Source: Sphyrna mokarran (taxonomy: Eukaryota). From it: DNA of 64,000 nt. Positions 1-13,500 of the stretch are shown in pieces; position 1 is the first letter of the stretch, and every line of letters starts with the position of its first letter. Made by a program: the position numbers and the translations under genes. Location: assembly GCA_024679065.1 (NCBI GenBank), contig JAGIQG010000006.1, forward strand, positions 69,502,001 through 69,566,000. The letters run 5' to 3'. The notes under the pieces are model-generated. The model was given only the letters and a program-made list of their open reading frames with translations, made no database searches and was not told the DNA's origin.

Positions 1-911
1 GATTTCCTTGTTTTACTTTCAAGTTTCAATACTTTCTGTTCCTGTGCTCTCATTTTCATCTGCCATTTGCTATTTTCATGGTTAACATGTCTGCAATCTC
101 CTGAACTCTCCTCTTGCTGTTTACTAAATGTTCCACCTTTGAAATTGTGCTTGATATGCCCAATCCAAATCAGTCAACAAAGATAAAAGTGTGCCCATTT
201 CATCTATCTCTTCTCTACTCCAAATGAAACCAATTACCCTGCTTGTTTCACATCCATCAATCAGCTGTTTTAAACCACACTAACCTTTTTCTAATGCAAT
301 GATTATGCATTTTAATCACATCAAGATTTGTTAAACATATTTTGAAAATCTAGTTCCACTCACTCCTTTATTCCAGTCAGCTGGGATTGGATCTCCAAAA
401 ACTCTAGACTCAAGAGCCTAATAAAAATTACATGGATTAAAAATCAAGGTTCTTTGCACTAGTTTCAGACAGAAACTATCAAGGAATCATGGCTTTTCTA
501 TTTGCTCAATACATGCAGACTTCTGGGTCATTTTATTACTAGTGTAAGAAGTGAACCTGGAATTTGGATCTGCAATTACCTTGGCTAGAACGCTGCTGGA
601 CAGACTGGTATTTTCTGGTGGGTCAGTAACCACAAACGGTTCCTTGCAACATAGTGATCAGGTTTCTAAACAATGACATTTAGAAATGGCAATTTCTCTC
701 ACTATTAAGTGATTACAAATTGACCCAGCCAACCAGATTGTAATAGCAGTATGGTGGCACCAAGTAAAGCTCTACCTTTGTCTTTTGTGAGCATGCGCAG
801 TTTCTTCACAATGTAACCAAACACCTTTTATAACAAAAATCAATATTTATGTTTGTACTAAAATTTGGTTTCTGGCCTGGATAATATTCATTTTCCCAAC
901 CGATTACTACT

Positions 912-2500
912 TATAGAACATAACAGCGCAGAACAGGCCCTTCAGCCCTCGATGTTGCACCGACCAATTAGGGAAAAGCAATGACCCTCCAACCTAAACC
1001 AACCTTTTCATCCATAAACTTATCTACTCACCTCTTAAACGCCACCAAACTTGGCGCATCTACAACTGCCGCAGGCAGGGCATTCCATACCCTAACCACC
1101 CTCTGGGTAAAGAACCTACCTCTGATATCCGTCCTATAACTACCACCCCTTAATTTAAAGCTACGTCCCCTCGTGCTAGCTTTCTCCATCCTAGGAAAAA
1201 GGCTATCACTGTCCACCCTATCTAAACCTCTAATCATCTTATATGTTTCAATAAGGTCTCCTCTTAGCCGCCTTCTTTCTAATGAAAACAACCTCAAATC
1301 CCTCAGCCTCTCTTCATAAGACCTGCCCTCCATACCAGGCAACATCCTGGTAAACCTCCTCTGTACCCTCTCCAATGCCTCCACATCTTTCTTATAATGC
1401 GGGGACCAGAACTGCACACAATACTCCAAGTGCGGCCGCACTAGAGTTTTGTACAGTTGCAACATGACGTTGCGGCTCCGAAATTCAATCCCCCTACCAA
1501 TAAAAGCTAAGACTCCATATGCCTTCTTAACAACCTTATCGACCTGATTGCCAACTTTCAGGGATCTATGCACATATACACCAAGATCCCTCTGTTCTTC
1601 AACACTATTAAGAGTCCTACCATTAGCCCTATACTCTACACATTTGTTATTCCTGCCAAAGTGAATTACCTCACACTTTTCCACATTAAACTCCATTTGC
1701 CACCTCTCGGCCCAGCTCTGCAACTTGTCCAAGTCTCTCTGCAAACTATAACACCCCTCTTCACTATCTACCACTCCTCCGACTTTAGTGTCATCCGCAA
1801 ATTTACTAATCCATCCTTCAATACCCTCATCCAGATCATTTATAAAAATTACAAACAGCAGGGGCCCCAAAACAGACCCCTGAGGTACACCACTTGTAAC
1901 CGAACTCCACGATGAATAATTTCCCTCAACCACCACCCTCTGTCTTCTATCTGCTAGCCAATTCCTAATCCAATTAGCTAAATCACCCTCAATCCCATAC
2001 ATCTGCATTTTCTGCAGAAGTCTTCCATGGGCCACCTTATCAAACGCCTTACTAAAGTCCATATATACCACATCAACCGCCTTACCCCCATCCACCTCTT
2101 TGGTCACTTTTTCAAAAAACTCAATAAGGTTAGTAAGGCACGACCTACCCTTCACAAAACCATGCTGACTATCCCCAATCAATTCATTTCTCTCTAAATA
2201 ACTATAAATCCTATCCCTAATAATTCTCTCCAATACTTTGCCCACAACAGAAGTAAGACTCACCGGCCTATAATTCCCCGGAAAGTCTCTATTCCCCTTC
2301 TTGAACAATGGGACCACATTCGCTATCCTCCAGTCTTTCGGCACTAAACCCATAACCAACAACGACCTGAAGATCAGAGCCAGAGGCTCTGCAATCACCT
2401 CTCTCGCCTCCCAGAGAATCCTAGGGTAAATCCCGTCCGGCCCAGGGGACTTATCTAACTTCAAACCCTCAAGAATATCTAGCACATCCTCCTTACTTGA
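912..2500 (-). mobile_element. CR1/HER1-like LINE, 5'-truncated, uninterrupted ORF2 RT segment
   Basis: 485-aa ORF 1028-2485 with KSPGPDG, NYRPVSLTS, YMDFSKAFDKV, SGVPQGSVLGP, KFADDTK, RPHLEYC; short 3' UTR ending in the GGGCTGAAGGGCCTGTT...TGTTCTAT tail. Confidence 0.96.
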
Positions 2501-2711
2501 TAACTATGGATCAGGCACAAGTGCTCATAAAAATATCTGAGGGGAGATGGTTGCCTCATAATAATGTCACTGGGCCAGTAATCCAAAGTTCATGCTATGG
2601 GTGGGCAGAACATGGGTTAAAATCCCACCACAAAATCCAAATTCAGTTATAAATCTGGAATTTAAAGTTAGTTTCAACAATGGGGTGACCTTGAAACTAT
2701 CCTTTATAAAA

Positions 2712-3030
2712 GCATAGAATCCTTAAAGTACATAAGGGTCCACTTAGCCCACTGAGCTTGCATCAACAACAAACCCACTCAGGCCCTATCCCTATAAACC
2801 CATATATTTACTCTACTAATCCCCTGAAACTAAAAGGTAATTTACCATGGTCGGTCCCCCTAAACTCCATATCCTTTGATGATAGGAGAGAACTGGAGTA
2901 CTCAGAGGAAACCCATGCAGACATAGGGAGAATGTGGAAATCCCACACAATCACCAAAGCCAGAATTGAATTTGGGTTCCTGGCACTGTAAGGCAGCAGT
3001 GCTAACCACTGTTCTATAGCACTGACACGG
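2712..3030 (-). mobile_element. V-SINE (HE1-like) with CR1-type tail
   Basis: tRNA-like head (GTGGTTAGCACTGCTGCCTTACAGTGCCAGG), V-domain (TTCTCCCTATGTCTGCATGGGTTTCCTC), ATTCTATG tail. Confidence 0.85.
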
Positions 3031-3080
3031 TCATAGAAGAAAACCTATCTGGTTCCCTAATGTCCTTAGCCGGTCTGACT

Positions 3081-3927
3081 TAGAACATAGAACGTTACAG
3101 CACATCGGCCCTCAATGTTATGCCAAGTTATGTCCAAGATCAAGTTATCCCCTTCTTATAATTCTGGAGTGTTCTATGTGTCTATCCAATAACTGCTTGA
3201 AAGTTTCTAAAGTGTCTGACTCCACTATCACAGCAGCAGTCTATTCCACACCCCAACCACTCTCTGAAGACACACTCTATCTTGGACATCCCTCCTATAT
3301 CTCCTACTATGAACCTTATGATTATGCCCCCTAGTAACAGCCACACCCACCCAAAGAAATAGTCTCTGCATGTCCGCTCTATCAACCCCTGTCATTATCT
3401 TATAAACCCTCTATTAAGTTGCCTTTCATCCTCCTCCACTCCAAAGAGAAAAGCTCCAGCTCCCTCAAACTTTCCTCATAAGATCTATCCTCCAAACCAG
3501 GCAGCATCCTGGTAAATCTCCTCTGCACTCTCTCCAATGCTTCCACATTCTTCTTATAATGAGGTGACCAGAACTGAACACAATATTCCAAATGTAGTCT
3601 CACCAATGTCCAGTATAGTTGCACCATAACTCCACTGCTCTTAAACTCAATCCCCATTAATAAACACTAATACACTATAAGCCCTCTTCACGGCTCTATC
3701 CACTTGAGTGGCAACCTTCAGAGGTCTGTGGAAATGGACTCTACGATCACTCTATTCCTCCACGTTCCTCAGAACTGTGCCGTTGACCCTGTAATCTGCA
3801 TTCAAGTTTGTCCTACCAAAATGAATCACCTCACACTTATCAGAATCAAACTCCATCTGCCACTTTTCAGCCTAGCTCTGCATCCTATCAATGTCTCTTT
3901 GCAGCCTGCAAGAGCCCTCCACCTCCA
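3081..3927 (-). mobile_element. CR1 LINE 3' fragment
   Basis: ORF 3400-3657 RLHLEYCVQFWSPHY...ERVQRRFTRMLPG; TGTTCTA tail repeat at 3081-3094. Confidence 0.92.
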
Positions 3928-4282
3928 CTTAACATGTGACTCCACATCCACAGTAATGTGGTTCATCTTAATTATCCTCTGCAGTGGCCTAATGAGTCAG
4001 TCATCTCAAGATTAATTAGGACTGCTCTAGTAGACTGTAGCCTAAATTGGGAAAGTATTTCATCTTTGGTTGTTCACAGATCACTGGTTTCACAGCATTG
4101 CAAAGCACTTGCTCAATGTAGCAATGCACAAGAATAAACAATCTATGATAGTCAATCAAAGATATGTTCTACACAAATTGAAATGGGAACTTTGGTTTCA
4201 GTATACCAAAGAGCTTTCGCAACTCTTTTTCATTTTATGATAATGAAGTAGTTTGAAAAAGCTATAGGATTTATTTTGCTAA

Positions 4283-4609
4283 TCATAGAATAGAATCATA
4301 GAATCCCTACAGCGTAAAATCCCTAAAGCGTATTTGGCCCATTGAGTCAGCACTAATCAGAATCCCACTCGGACATTTTGCCCATAACCCTGCTTAATTA
4401 CTCTACTAATTCCCTGACACTAAGAGGCAATTTAACATGTCCAATCAACCTAACCCGCACACTTTTAGACTGTGGGAGGAAACCAAGGGCATTCAGAGGA
4501 AACCCATGTAGACACGGGGTGAATGTTTACACAGACAGTGACGCAAGCCAGGAATTGAATCTGGGTTCCTGTTGCTGAGAGTACTAACATTGTGCCACTG
4601 TGTCACCCT
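4283..4609 (-). mobile_element. V-SINE (HE1-like)
   Basis: Head GGGTGACACAGTGGCACAATG, V-domain, (ATTCTATG)n-like tail at ~4283-4305. Confidence 0.85.
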
Positions 4610-4948
4610 TAAATCAACTGTATAATTATCTGACCTTTGTCTTTATTCTATTAGCATAGATTGCTAGTGATCTCTCTTATAATGCTCACCTCATTATGGT
4701 TAATCAAATAAAACATTTATTTTTGAGATATCATTGTGGAGAATTGTAACATTGTTTACATTGACATAAACACCATAAGAACAATAAACCTAAATTTAAG
4801 AAGTGACGAAGAATGTAGTAGAATTTATAGTTTAAACAACATTGCAGAGTAAAATATTAAATCCAATTTAAAATGGAAAATTCCAGCATACATTTTCTTG
4901 TTACCTACAACCTGCACCTTCACCATTAAATTGCACAAAAAGTTAAAA

Positions 4949-5530
4949 ACTTACCATGTTTAACAGCAGAGACTAAAATTCAAACATGCAATTGCATTGT
5001 TCATTAAGCTGGAAATTCTAATGTTTCCTTCTGATCCGCAAAGCCAATTTTCAAGACAGGAATTTTAGCATTAGCAAGAATAAAGCATTCATTTCAGAAT
5101 GAGCACAAAGTAAACGTTCCTTCAACTTAAACACAAAGGAGGTGGCGCACTGTAAGTTCTAAAATATAGCGGCAGTTTTTCATGACATCGGCCGGGTGAT
5201 TTAGATTTGGACTTCAGAGCCCGAAGGCTTTTCCTGAAACCATCATTTTACAAGGTGGCGAGGTTAAGTTTAAAGATACTTGTACAATATGCTATTTGCT
5301 CGATGCCGCCTAGAGCCTCCAAACAGAATCACACCCAAGTGGTAATTTTATCCTGGAAGTACAGAGTAGTAACACTTCTCATTCGAAATACTGTCAGTAA
5401 GACGAGCAAAGATTTACGGAACGTAGCCGAATCGTATGAGAGTGTATAAGTCGTGAAGGCGAACTGACAATAGCACTGTCAAAATTAATTGAAGGAACGG
5501 TGAGACAAATTGGTGGACGTATTCCGCAAT
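4949..5530 (-). promoter_or_regulatory. CpG-enriched putative promoter/first exon ending ATG|GTAAGT (candidate TRPM6 exon 1)
   Basis: Minus strand TTAAACATG|GTAAGT (ATG 4957-4955); local CpG excess at 5140-5530 with no recognisable TE; TRPM6 is the expected neighbour by synteny. Confidence 0.4.
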
Positions 5531-5724
5531 AAACCTCTCATGTAATCAGAATGATATTAAATCTGAAATTGTAGATGACTTACAACTTGAAAAAGCATTA
5601 AGTATTGCCCATTTTCAAAGGTTCTACTTCGATTGCTCAGGGAATCAGGTCTATGCTTATTGATTCAAACATACCAAAGACTTATCCTTCATTAAACAAA
5701 AACAGAATGTTCACGGATTGCAAA

Positions 5725-6600
5725 TAGTCCATCTTAAGGATGTACTTAAGGAAGTGGTCCTAAAACTAATAGATCCATTAGTGGTCATTTTGTGGTGACT
5801 ATGGGATACCAAAAGGATCTGTGCAAGAATGCAACTGTTCATATAAATGATTTGGACAAGGAACTAAATATTACTTCCAAACTTGCAGATGGTACAAAAT
5901 GGGGTGGGAGAGTGAACGGTGAAGAGGATGCAGAGATGCTTTAGAGTGATTTGGATAGGCTGAGTGAGTGGGTATGTGAGTGGCAGATGCAATACAATGT
6001 GGATAAACATGAGGTTATTTACCTTGGTAGCAAAAATAGGAAGACAGATTATTATTTGAATGGGTGAAATTTGAGAGAGGTCCTGGTGTCCTCATGCAAC
6101 AGTCGCTGAAAGTGCGCAGGTACAGCAGGCAATAAAGACAGAATTGTCCTTTGAGAACAGACTAAATCAGTTAGAATTATATTCACTGGAGTTTAGAAGA
6201 GCAATGTGGATTTCATGGTAACTTAGAAAATTCTAACAGGGTTAGACAGGCTGGATTTAGACAGCACGTTCCCAATGGGGGAGGAAGGAGTCCAAAACTA
6301 GAGGTCATACTTTGAGGATAAGGGGCAAACCTTTTATGATTGAAATGAGGAAAAATTTCTTAAAGCAGAGAATGATGAATCTGTGAAATTCACTAATACA
6401 GAAAGTAGTTGAAGCCAAAACATGCAATTTCAAGAAAGAATTAGATATAGCTCTTGGGGAAAATATGATCATGGGATATACAGGGAAGGTGGGATCAGAG
6501 CATTGAATTTGATGGTCAATCATGACCATAATGAATGGTGCAGCAGGCTCAATGGGCCAAAAGGCCTACTCCTACTTCTACTTTCTATGTATCTTCCTAT
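5725..6600 (+). mobile_element. Decayed CR1 LINE
   Basis: Remnants of INDLD/KFADDTK/WQMQYNV motifs; tail GGCTCAATGGGCCAAAAGGCCTACTCCT. Confidence 0.85.
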
Positions 6601-7989
6601 CTCTTTCCATAATGTTTACTGTTCAGAGATTTTTAAAAAATGCTTTGAAAGAAAATTGCTTTTGGCTGTTAATACAAGTGTCCAGAGAAAACGGTGCCAA
6701 TGACTTGGGGAATACTTGTTCAAAATAATTTTGAAAAATAAATGTCATTGGGTCAAACCAAGATGATCAAATGACGTTCCACTCCACCCAGTACTTTTAT
6801 ATGATTTAAAGGGGTTGGATAGTTCAAGTTAGAGGTGGATATACACATCATATTCAAAAATGGCTGCCATATCCTTTCAGTATCATATTGAAAATTGATA
6901 TAATCACTAGATCTAGAAGTAAGACTTCTAAAGAGTTCTCCCATCAGGGAGGTGTTCAGCTAAGAGGCCAATGGTTCACTTCTAGGTTTATGTGGTCTGA
7001 TATCTTAAATAAAAACTTGATTTGTAGATCTGATTGCAAGTCACTATTAGAGGGTGAAGGCACTCACTGGCTTTGTGGCATGCTTGATTGTCTTGTGGGG
7101 ACCTAACTCTCAAATGTTGCTTGATGATGGAGACATTTGAATCTGTCCAGGATTATGGCTCAGGTTAGTGTTTTATGAAGCCCGCTTGAAGTATAAGTTT
7201 TTTACATTGAATTTGGTCAAGATAAGCATGAAATGTTATACTTCAGGTATAATTCAAGAGACCCACTAGGGAGATTTTATCAAACAAAGTTTATTTAAGA
7301 ATATAATTAACATGTTTAGAAAGAAAATTAGCAATAACTTTTATCAATAACAAACAAGCAACAAAATATTCACTATAATGTATAATTCTTAATGAATATC
7401 TCTAATGTGTTCCAATTAAAACTAAAATTTAATAAACAAAACCATTTAAACAGATTTATCACTGCACAGCCTAGAGCTCACCTGATAATGAAATCCAGTT
7501 TCCTGGGTTGAATGCTGATTTCAGATGATCTCAAAATCTCAGAGCGGGTTGTAGCCAGATCAGCTCCCCAGAACCCCAAAACATAGATTGAAGAATGCAA
7601 CATGGCAGCGAACGTTTCTTTCAGCTAACTGGTAAAATTTTCAAAGCAAAACAGAGAGACTTCTTTCAGCTATCCTTCTAACACTGCAGCCAAAATGAAA
7701 CTGAAAACAATCCCTGTCATCTGATCTGCCTACAATTTTTCCTCCTCTCACAAAAACATTGATTGCCACGATTTTAAAAAATCTGAAAGGTTACACTCAT
7801 CAGACCATGGTTGTTATTCTTTGTTTTAAAACATATAGTGGGGAACAGAATTGACTTCCAGAATGTTTGCATATCTAAGTTTTGCATATCTATGGTTCAG
7901 GTTCCCATGTTCCACTGGTTATAGAATTTTAGCTTTGGTATAACAGAATCCATCATGTGGACCTGCATGAGACCATCTGTAAAGAGGAG

Positions 7990-8893
7990 AAATCCTCATT
8001 GGTTAGTAAAGATTTTTAAACCATTAGACATTAAGACACTGACAGAACTACCAGCATTAAGTTAAATGATTTTAAAACAGACTTATAACAAAAAAGCAGT
8101 TTATACACATATGAAATACAGTAAGAGATTTAAACAATTAGTTATGATTCAAAAACACATATGTTGATATTTTGAATGTATTACTGTATTTCTAAGAATC
8201 ATTGTTCACTTTAGCCAAAGGCAGATTGCTGCAAAACATCGTGGTAAAGGGCATTAGGACAAAGCCGTATTCTAATGGAATGCCGAAACCTTGGAAATGT
8301 GCAAGGTTAATCAGCAGAGTTTCTAATGGTAAGGATATTCAGAACATTGAATCAAATTTCATGAATAGGGTTTATTTGCCGTCCAGATAAAATGGATGCA
8401 TGCCCAGATGTGGAATCATGTGGAATCTGGTTTGACAGTGACCTGTGGGGAACTTAAGGTAATGTTCACTTTGAACTTTGTGGCTAGCATCTGGTTACTG
8501 AAGAGTACAAGGTTTTGAGTTCGCCAAAATGGGAAGAAGTGTCCAGATTCTAAGGACGAATGAAATGCCATTATGCCAGAGAGTAAGATGCAATTGGCTA
8601 AAGTATATGACGAGTATTATTGCTGATTTACGCATATTGAAGAAGATTGATTTAAACCTAATGAAAGGCAGGGGTAATTGATAGGAAAATCTGTAATTGA
8701 TCTGTTTTGAATTGTATATATCAGAATTTATTGGCGAGTTCCAGCGGTTCCATCTCAGAAACTGCCCTGACTCTTTGATAATAATTCCACTAGCAGTCGC
8801 TGGTCAAAATAAAGGTTATGTCTTTAAACTGAGACACTGGCTTTGTGAGTCTTGTATTGTCTGAAATTTCTGACCTTGAAATCTTCACCAACA
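7990..8893 (+). mobile_element. LTR-like element (~8177-8893) plus upstream internal fragment, copy 1
   Basis: TGT...CAACA ends, AATAAA at ~8808; shares blocks (GTTCACTTTAGCCAA, TTGTGAGTCTTG) with 10862-11735. Confidence 0.5.
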
Positions 8894-10825
8894 CCATCCC
8901 AGCAAAGTTAACCTATGTTGAGCATGCTCTCAAAAACAGATATGCAATGCTCTGGAAGAACAAATCGACATTGGTAGGTTGTCTACACCTCACAACCATA
9001 TAGTGATATATGCATCATTGCATAGTAGATATTAATCCTTGCTCCATTTGCAGGATTCTTCTTGAATTTAACATACAACAAAGACCATTTGATAATCCTA
9101 ATCCTAATCCAAATCCCTTAAATATTAAAGTGAAGGGAAGTGTAATTACAAGAACGAAAGATCTAGAAGTAGAACTGATAGTATTAGAAATACAGCCTGC
9201 TAACTGTAATTGATGGCATATGAGCAAATGCTAGAGAGTTGCAATATTATGTAATTCAAAAATTGACTGAATATAAATAATGGGAAACCAAAATTTGGTA
9301 ATTTGATAAAGAAAACAAAGTATACTACAAAGATACCCTCAATCACTAATCTGCTAACGTAATTAGGAGACACAAAACAAGAAAATGCTGAAAAATCTCA
9401 GCAAATCTGTCAGCATGTGTGGAGAGAAAACAGAGCTAACATTTTAATTCTGGATCATCCAGGCTTCTTCCAAAATGATTGATTAATTATAAAACAAAAC
9501 TTTACTTTTTAAAACAAATTGCAAGAACTGATTCATGCACAATTGTCCACTGAAAGTATAATTATTTATCTTTTTTTTAAAAAATACTCCAACATGTACA
9601 TACATGCAAACAAACAAAGGACAAACAAATAGGATTTCTACTGATTTGGGCTTTGGAGGAGAGATTTTATAAAATAAAGAATAAAGTTTGCAATGTTGCA
9701 TTGTTGTTGTTCTGAAGCTCCCTCAAGCGAAAAGGGTTGCTGTCCCAGTAGACATCTGGCGGCTCTCACAAGTGGAGTTTCGGCATGGAGAATATAGAGC
9801 TGGATCAATTCTTCTCGTCTCAGCTTTGCAGGTTTCCAAATGTAGACACGTTATACTCAAATCAGGATTCCATAGCTGTAGATTAACAACCTATTATGGA
9901 ATTTTAGACAAGGCAGGGAACAGAGTGATATAGGGCTACTTTCCATCTCAGCTTAATTCAATCTATCTCACACTTCATTCAAAAAACAGCAGGACCGAAA
10001 TCTAAAGTTTGTCTCTGTCATATGACTTCCAGTAAATCACTAGATTTGCCTTTACCGGTTTTTAACCCAGCAGTTAAAGTGATTGCAGTTCAAAACAAAC
10101 AAACAGCTCATTCCCCCCACTCAAGTCCCATACTGGTCATGTAATTTCTCAAAAAAAGCATACTTTGCTGACAGTTCAAGGTGAATTTACAACCTTTTAA
10201 AAAATCTGACTAAATCAAGTCCAAATGATACTGCCTCCTTCCATTCTTTAAAAAAATATAGTTATGATTCCAACACTAAACTGGATTCAAAAAAGGAGTA
10301 TGCATATAAGTACAGGACCACCGTACTGTGCTAGCAACAGTACATTTCAATATATTTCAATGTACCAATACTGAACTTGCAACAATGGCACTGTATGAAA
10401 TGTGAAATTGAAAGGTAAGTATATAAATATATATTGTTGAATATACAGCACAACATGGTGCAACATAAAGGAACAAAATTTGGGTTTGAACTTAACAAGT
10501 TAAACATCGCAAACCGAACGACACACATTCCTTCAATACCCTCATTTCTTTCACATTCCAACTGCCCTGTGGCATGACTGCCATCAATCAATATCATTCA
10601 CCAGCAAATCACACTTAAAATGAAAACACTGTTGTGAAGAATGGAAGGTCACTGCATCTTTTCATTACTAAATCAAGAAAGAAAGAACTCACAGTTTTGT
10701 TACAAAAATGTCATAGCTAAGGTGTCTGCAGGATTCTGACCTGGGTATCAGGCAAATTCTTAAAAGGTCTAAAATTGACTGCTTTGTCAACAAATGTTCA
10801 GGTATGTGACCAGAAAACTGCTTCA

Positions 10826-12020
10826 TCATAGAATCATAGAATCTCTACAATGCATAAAGAGATTGAAGAAGGGTATTTCTAACCAGTTAATAAAATTGAA
10901 TAGTAGAATGCAGTCTTTCAGAGGACAAGAGATCAATAAGCTAAGAGATTCTTAAGACAAACTTACACAGTTTACACATACAAATGAAATAAGACAATCG
11001 AAACAAGTAGCTGTGATTTCAAAACATATACATTGAAATTTTGTGATATTGTATGATATTTTAAACGTAAAGTTCACCTTAGCCAAGCAAAGTTACCAAA
11101 AGATATGGTGGTAAATGTCAAAAGTTTAAAGCTAAAGGTCTGGAAGCCAATTAATCAGCACTATTGTTATTGGGAGGATTCCTATAAGAGAATGCATCAT
11201 GCAACATAATGAATAGATGCATTCACTGCCCAGGCAGAAGGATAGATATGCCCCTAAATGGAGGAACATATGTCTATTCAACATGATAGTGAGCTGTTGG
11301 GAATATTTATTTTGACCTTATGCTGATACCAGGCAATAGGGAAATAGAACCAAGGAGAGAAGTGACGTTCAGATTTATTTGATAAATAAGATGTGCTATT
11401 AAGTATCATATGATTGGCTGAGGCACTTGACAGAGACTTGTATTGATGTATGATTATAAATGAAATTGACTAAGTTAATGAAAGATGGAATTATTGATTA
11501 GAAAAAAAAATTGATCTGCATTTCACTATATACTTCAGAATTTTTAGAGAGTTTCTGTCGGTCTATTCCCAGAACTATTTGACTCTTTGGAAATCTGTTG
11601 TCATTTGTTTATTTGTTCTATGTTTTATTTCTAAAATAAGTTTGTATCATCTTTGCACAGAGATATTTGCCTTGTGAGTTTTGAATTGTCTTAGTTTAAG
11701 AGACAATTGGCCATCTTAAAAATGTTCCCACAACAGAGGTCATTCAGTCCATTGAGCTTGGACGCACAACAATCCCATCCAACACCTATTCCCATAACCG
11801 CAAGTATTTACCCTGCTTTTCCCCCTGACACTTAGGAGAAATTTAGCATGGCCAATCAGCTGAACATGCACATCTTTGGATGGGGAGGAACGCGGAGCAC
11901 CTGAAGACACTCACAGACACTGGGCGAATGTGCAAACTCCACACAGACAGCCATTTGAGGCCAGAATTGAACCCAAGTCTCTAGTGCTGTGAAGCAATCC
12001 TGTGTCACCATGTCACCCTA
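10826..12020 (-). mobile_element. V-SINE (HE1-like), split (10826-10861 and 11735-12020)
   Basis: Head GGGTGACATGGTGACACAG, V-domain TGTGTGGAGTTTGCACATTC, tail CATAGAATCATAGAATC displaced by the insertion. Confidence 0.8.
10862..11735 (+). mobile_element. LTR-like element (~11042-11735) plus upstream fragment, copy 2, inserted in a V-SINE tail
   Basis: Ends CACAACA; AGAG at both junctions (10858-10861 and 11735-11738); host SINE tail resumes right after. Confidence 0.55.
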
Positions 12021-12339
12021 TTCATAGATTTCCAGGGTATCCAATTTAAAAAATAAAATAAAATCAGTATACAATAAGCGACAAGAGTCCTCGGTCCTAT
12101 TGACACTACAACTTGTTTCATTTCTCCCTCAATGATTTATATAAATGCTTCACTAAACACACATTTTCTGTTGTGACTGCACTGCCATTAAGAATTACAA
12201 AGTATAAAACACTATATGGTCATAGATTGCCACATTCATCCCTGCCTTTACAGTTTCTTTTTAATAGATTTGAATACTGGTGATTTAAATTGAATACTTG
12301 TGGTTAAATTTATGGAACTACAATTGCACTGCAGAATAG

Positions 12340-13500
12340 AAAGATACATCCAAATTTGTGGATGACATTGTAAACAGTGTCAATGATAGCAAAAATTATA
12401 ACATTCTTAAGTGAATGGACAAAACTGTGGTAAATATGTTTGAATGTAGGAAAATGCGAAATCATTCACTTTGGACCTGAAAAGGATAAAAGAATAATTT
12501 TTAAATGGCAAAAAGCCCGAAACAGTGGAGGTTCAAGGAGATTTGAGAGTCCATGTATATAGGACAAGTACAGAATCATAAAAGCTGAAGGAATACTGAC
12601 TATCAAATTTAGAGCAATAGGGTGCTTCGGGATAGAAGATTAAAATTGACAAATCCTTATCAAATCACATCAAGAATACTGCAAGCAGTTCTGGACAGCT
12701 CAATCTGGGAAAGGTATATTAGCCTTGGGGGAGGTGTGCAATAAGGAGATTGAGTATTTTTATTATTACTTAAGAAAGAGAAGTAGGAATAGGCCATTTG
12801 GCTTCTCAGGCCTGCTTTGCCTTTCAATAAAATCCTGACTTATTAATTTGTACCTTAACTCCACTTTCCTGCTTGCTCACTTTAAGTCTTGTGTCCCTTG
12901 TTTTTCAAAAACCTTTCTAACTCAACCTTGACTAATTGCTGGGAAAGAGACTGACTGCAAGAATTTTGTTCTCATCTCCACCTTAAATGGGAGACCACTT
13001 ACTTTAAACAGTGTACCCTACTTCTACATTTTCCAAGAGGAAACATCCTCTCAGCATTCATTCTGTCAAGCCCCCTCAGTATCTTACATATTTCAACAAG
13101 ATCATTCTTCTAAACTCAAATGAGTATCAACTCAACCTTTCCTCATGAGACAAGGCCCTCAGCGCAGCAATCAGCCTAGTAACCTTCTCTGCACTGCTTC
13201 AATACGATTTGGTTACTTCTTAAGTAATTTGACCAAAACTTTATTTGGTGTCCCATGCAGTTGTCTCAAGACTTTCTTATTTTTACATTTATTTAATAAG
13301 GGCCATCATTCTATTTATCTTCCTAATTGCTGTACCTGCATGCTGATTTTTTTATGCTTCATGTAAAAGGACGCCTGGATTGTTCTGCATTATATTGGCT
13401 CTATTTAAATATTCTGTTAATGTTCTTCCTGCCAAAATGGATAACTTCACATTTTCACACACTGCCAAGTTTTTGTCAATGCACTCACTTAGCTTATCCT
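12340..13500. mobile_element. Two decayed CR1 fragments (12340-12740 plus; 12770-13500 minus)
   Basis: SKFVDD-like and FNVGKCEIIHFG on plus; CR1 tail AGGAATAGGCCATTTGGC and RT remnants on minus. Confidence 0.75.

Larger units (their letters stand above)
2541..4020 (+). mobile_element. Older tRNA-headed SINE split into three pieces (2541-2702, ~3030-3080, ~3928-4020)
   Basis: B-box-like GGGTTAAAATCCC at ~2614; continuation motifs CTGGTTCCCTAATGTCCTT and CATGTGACTCCACATCCACAGTAATGTGGTT. Confidence 0.55.

Noticed and set aside
1568-1915. Plus-strand ORFs opposite CR1 (also 3704-4015, 14217-14540)
   Set aside because: Antisense shadows of LINE ORF2.
7863-7893. TTTGCATATCTA duplicated (octamer-like)
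   Set aside because: A simple 16-nt-period local duplication in repeat-derived context.
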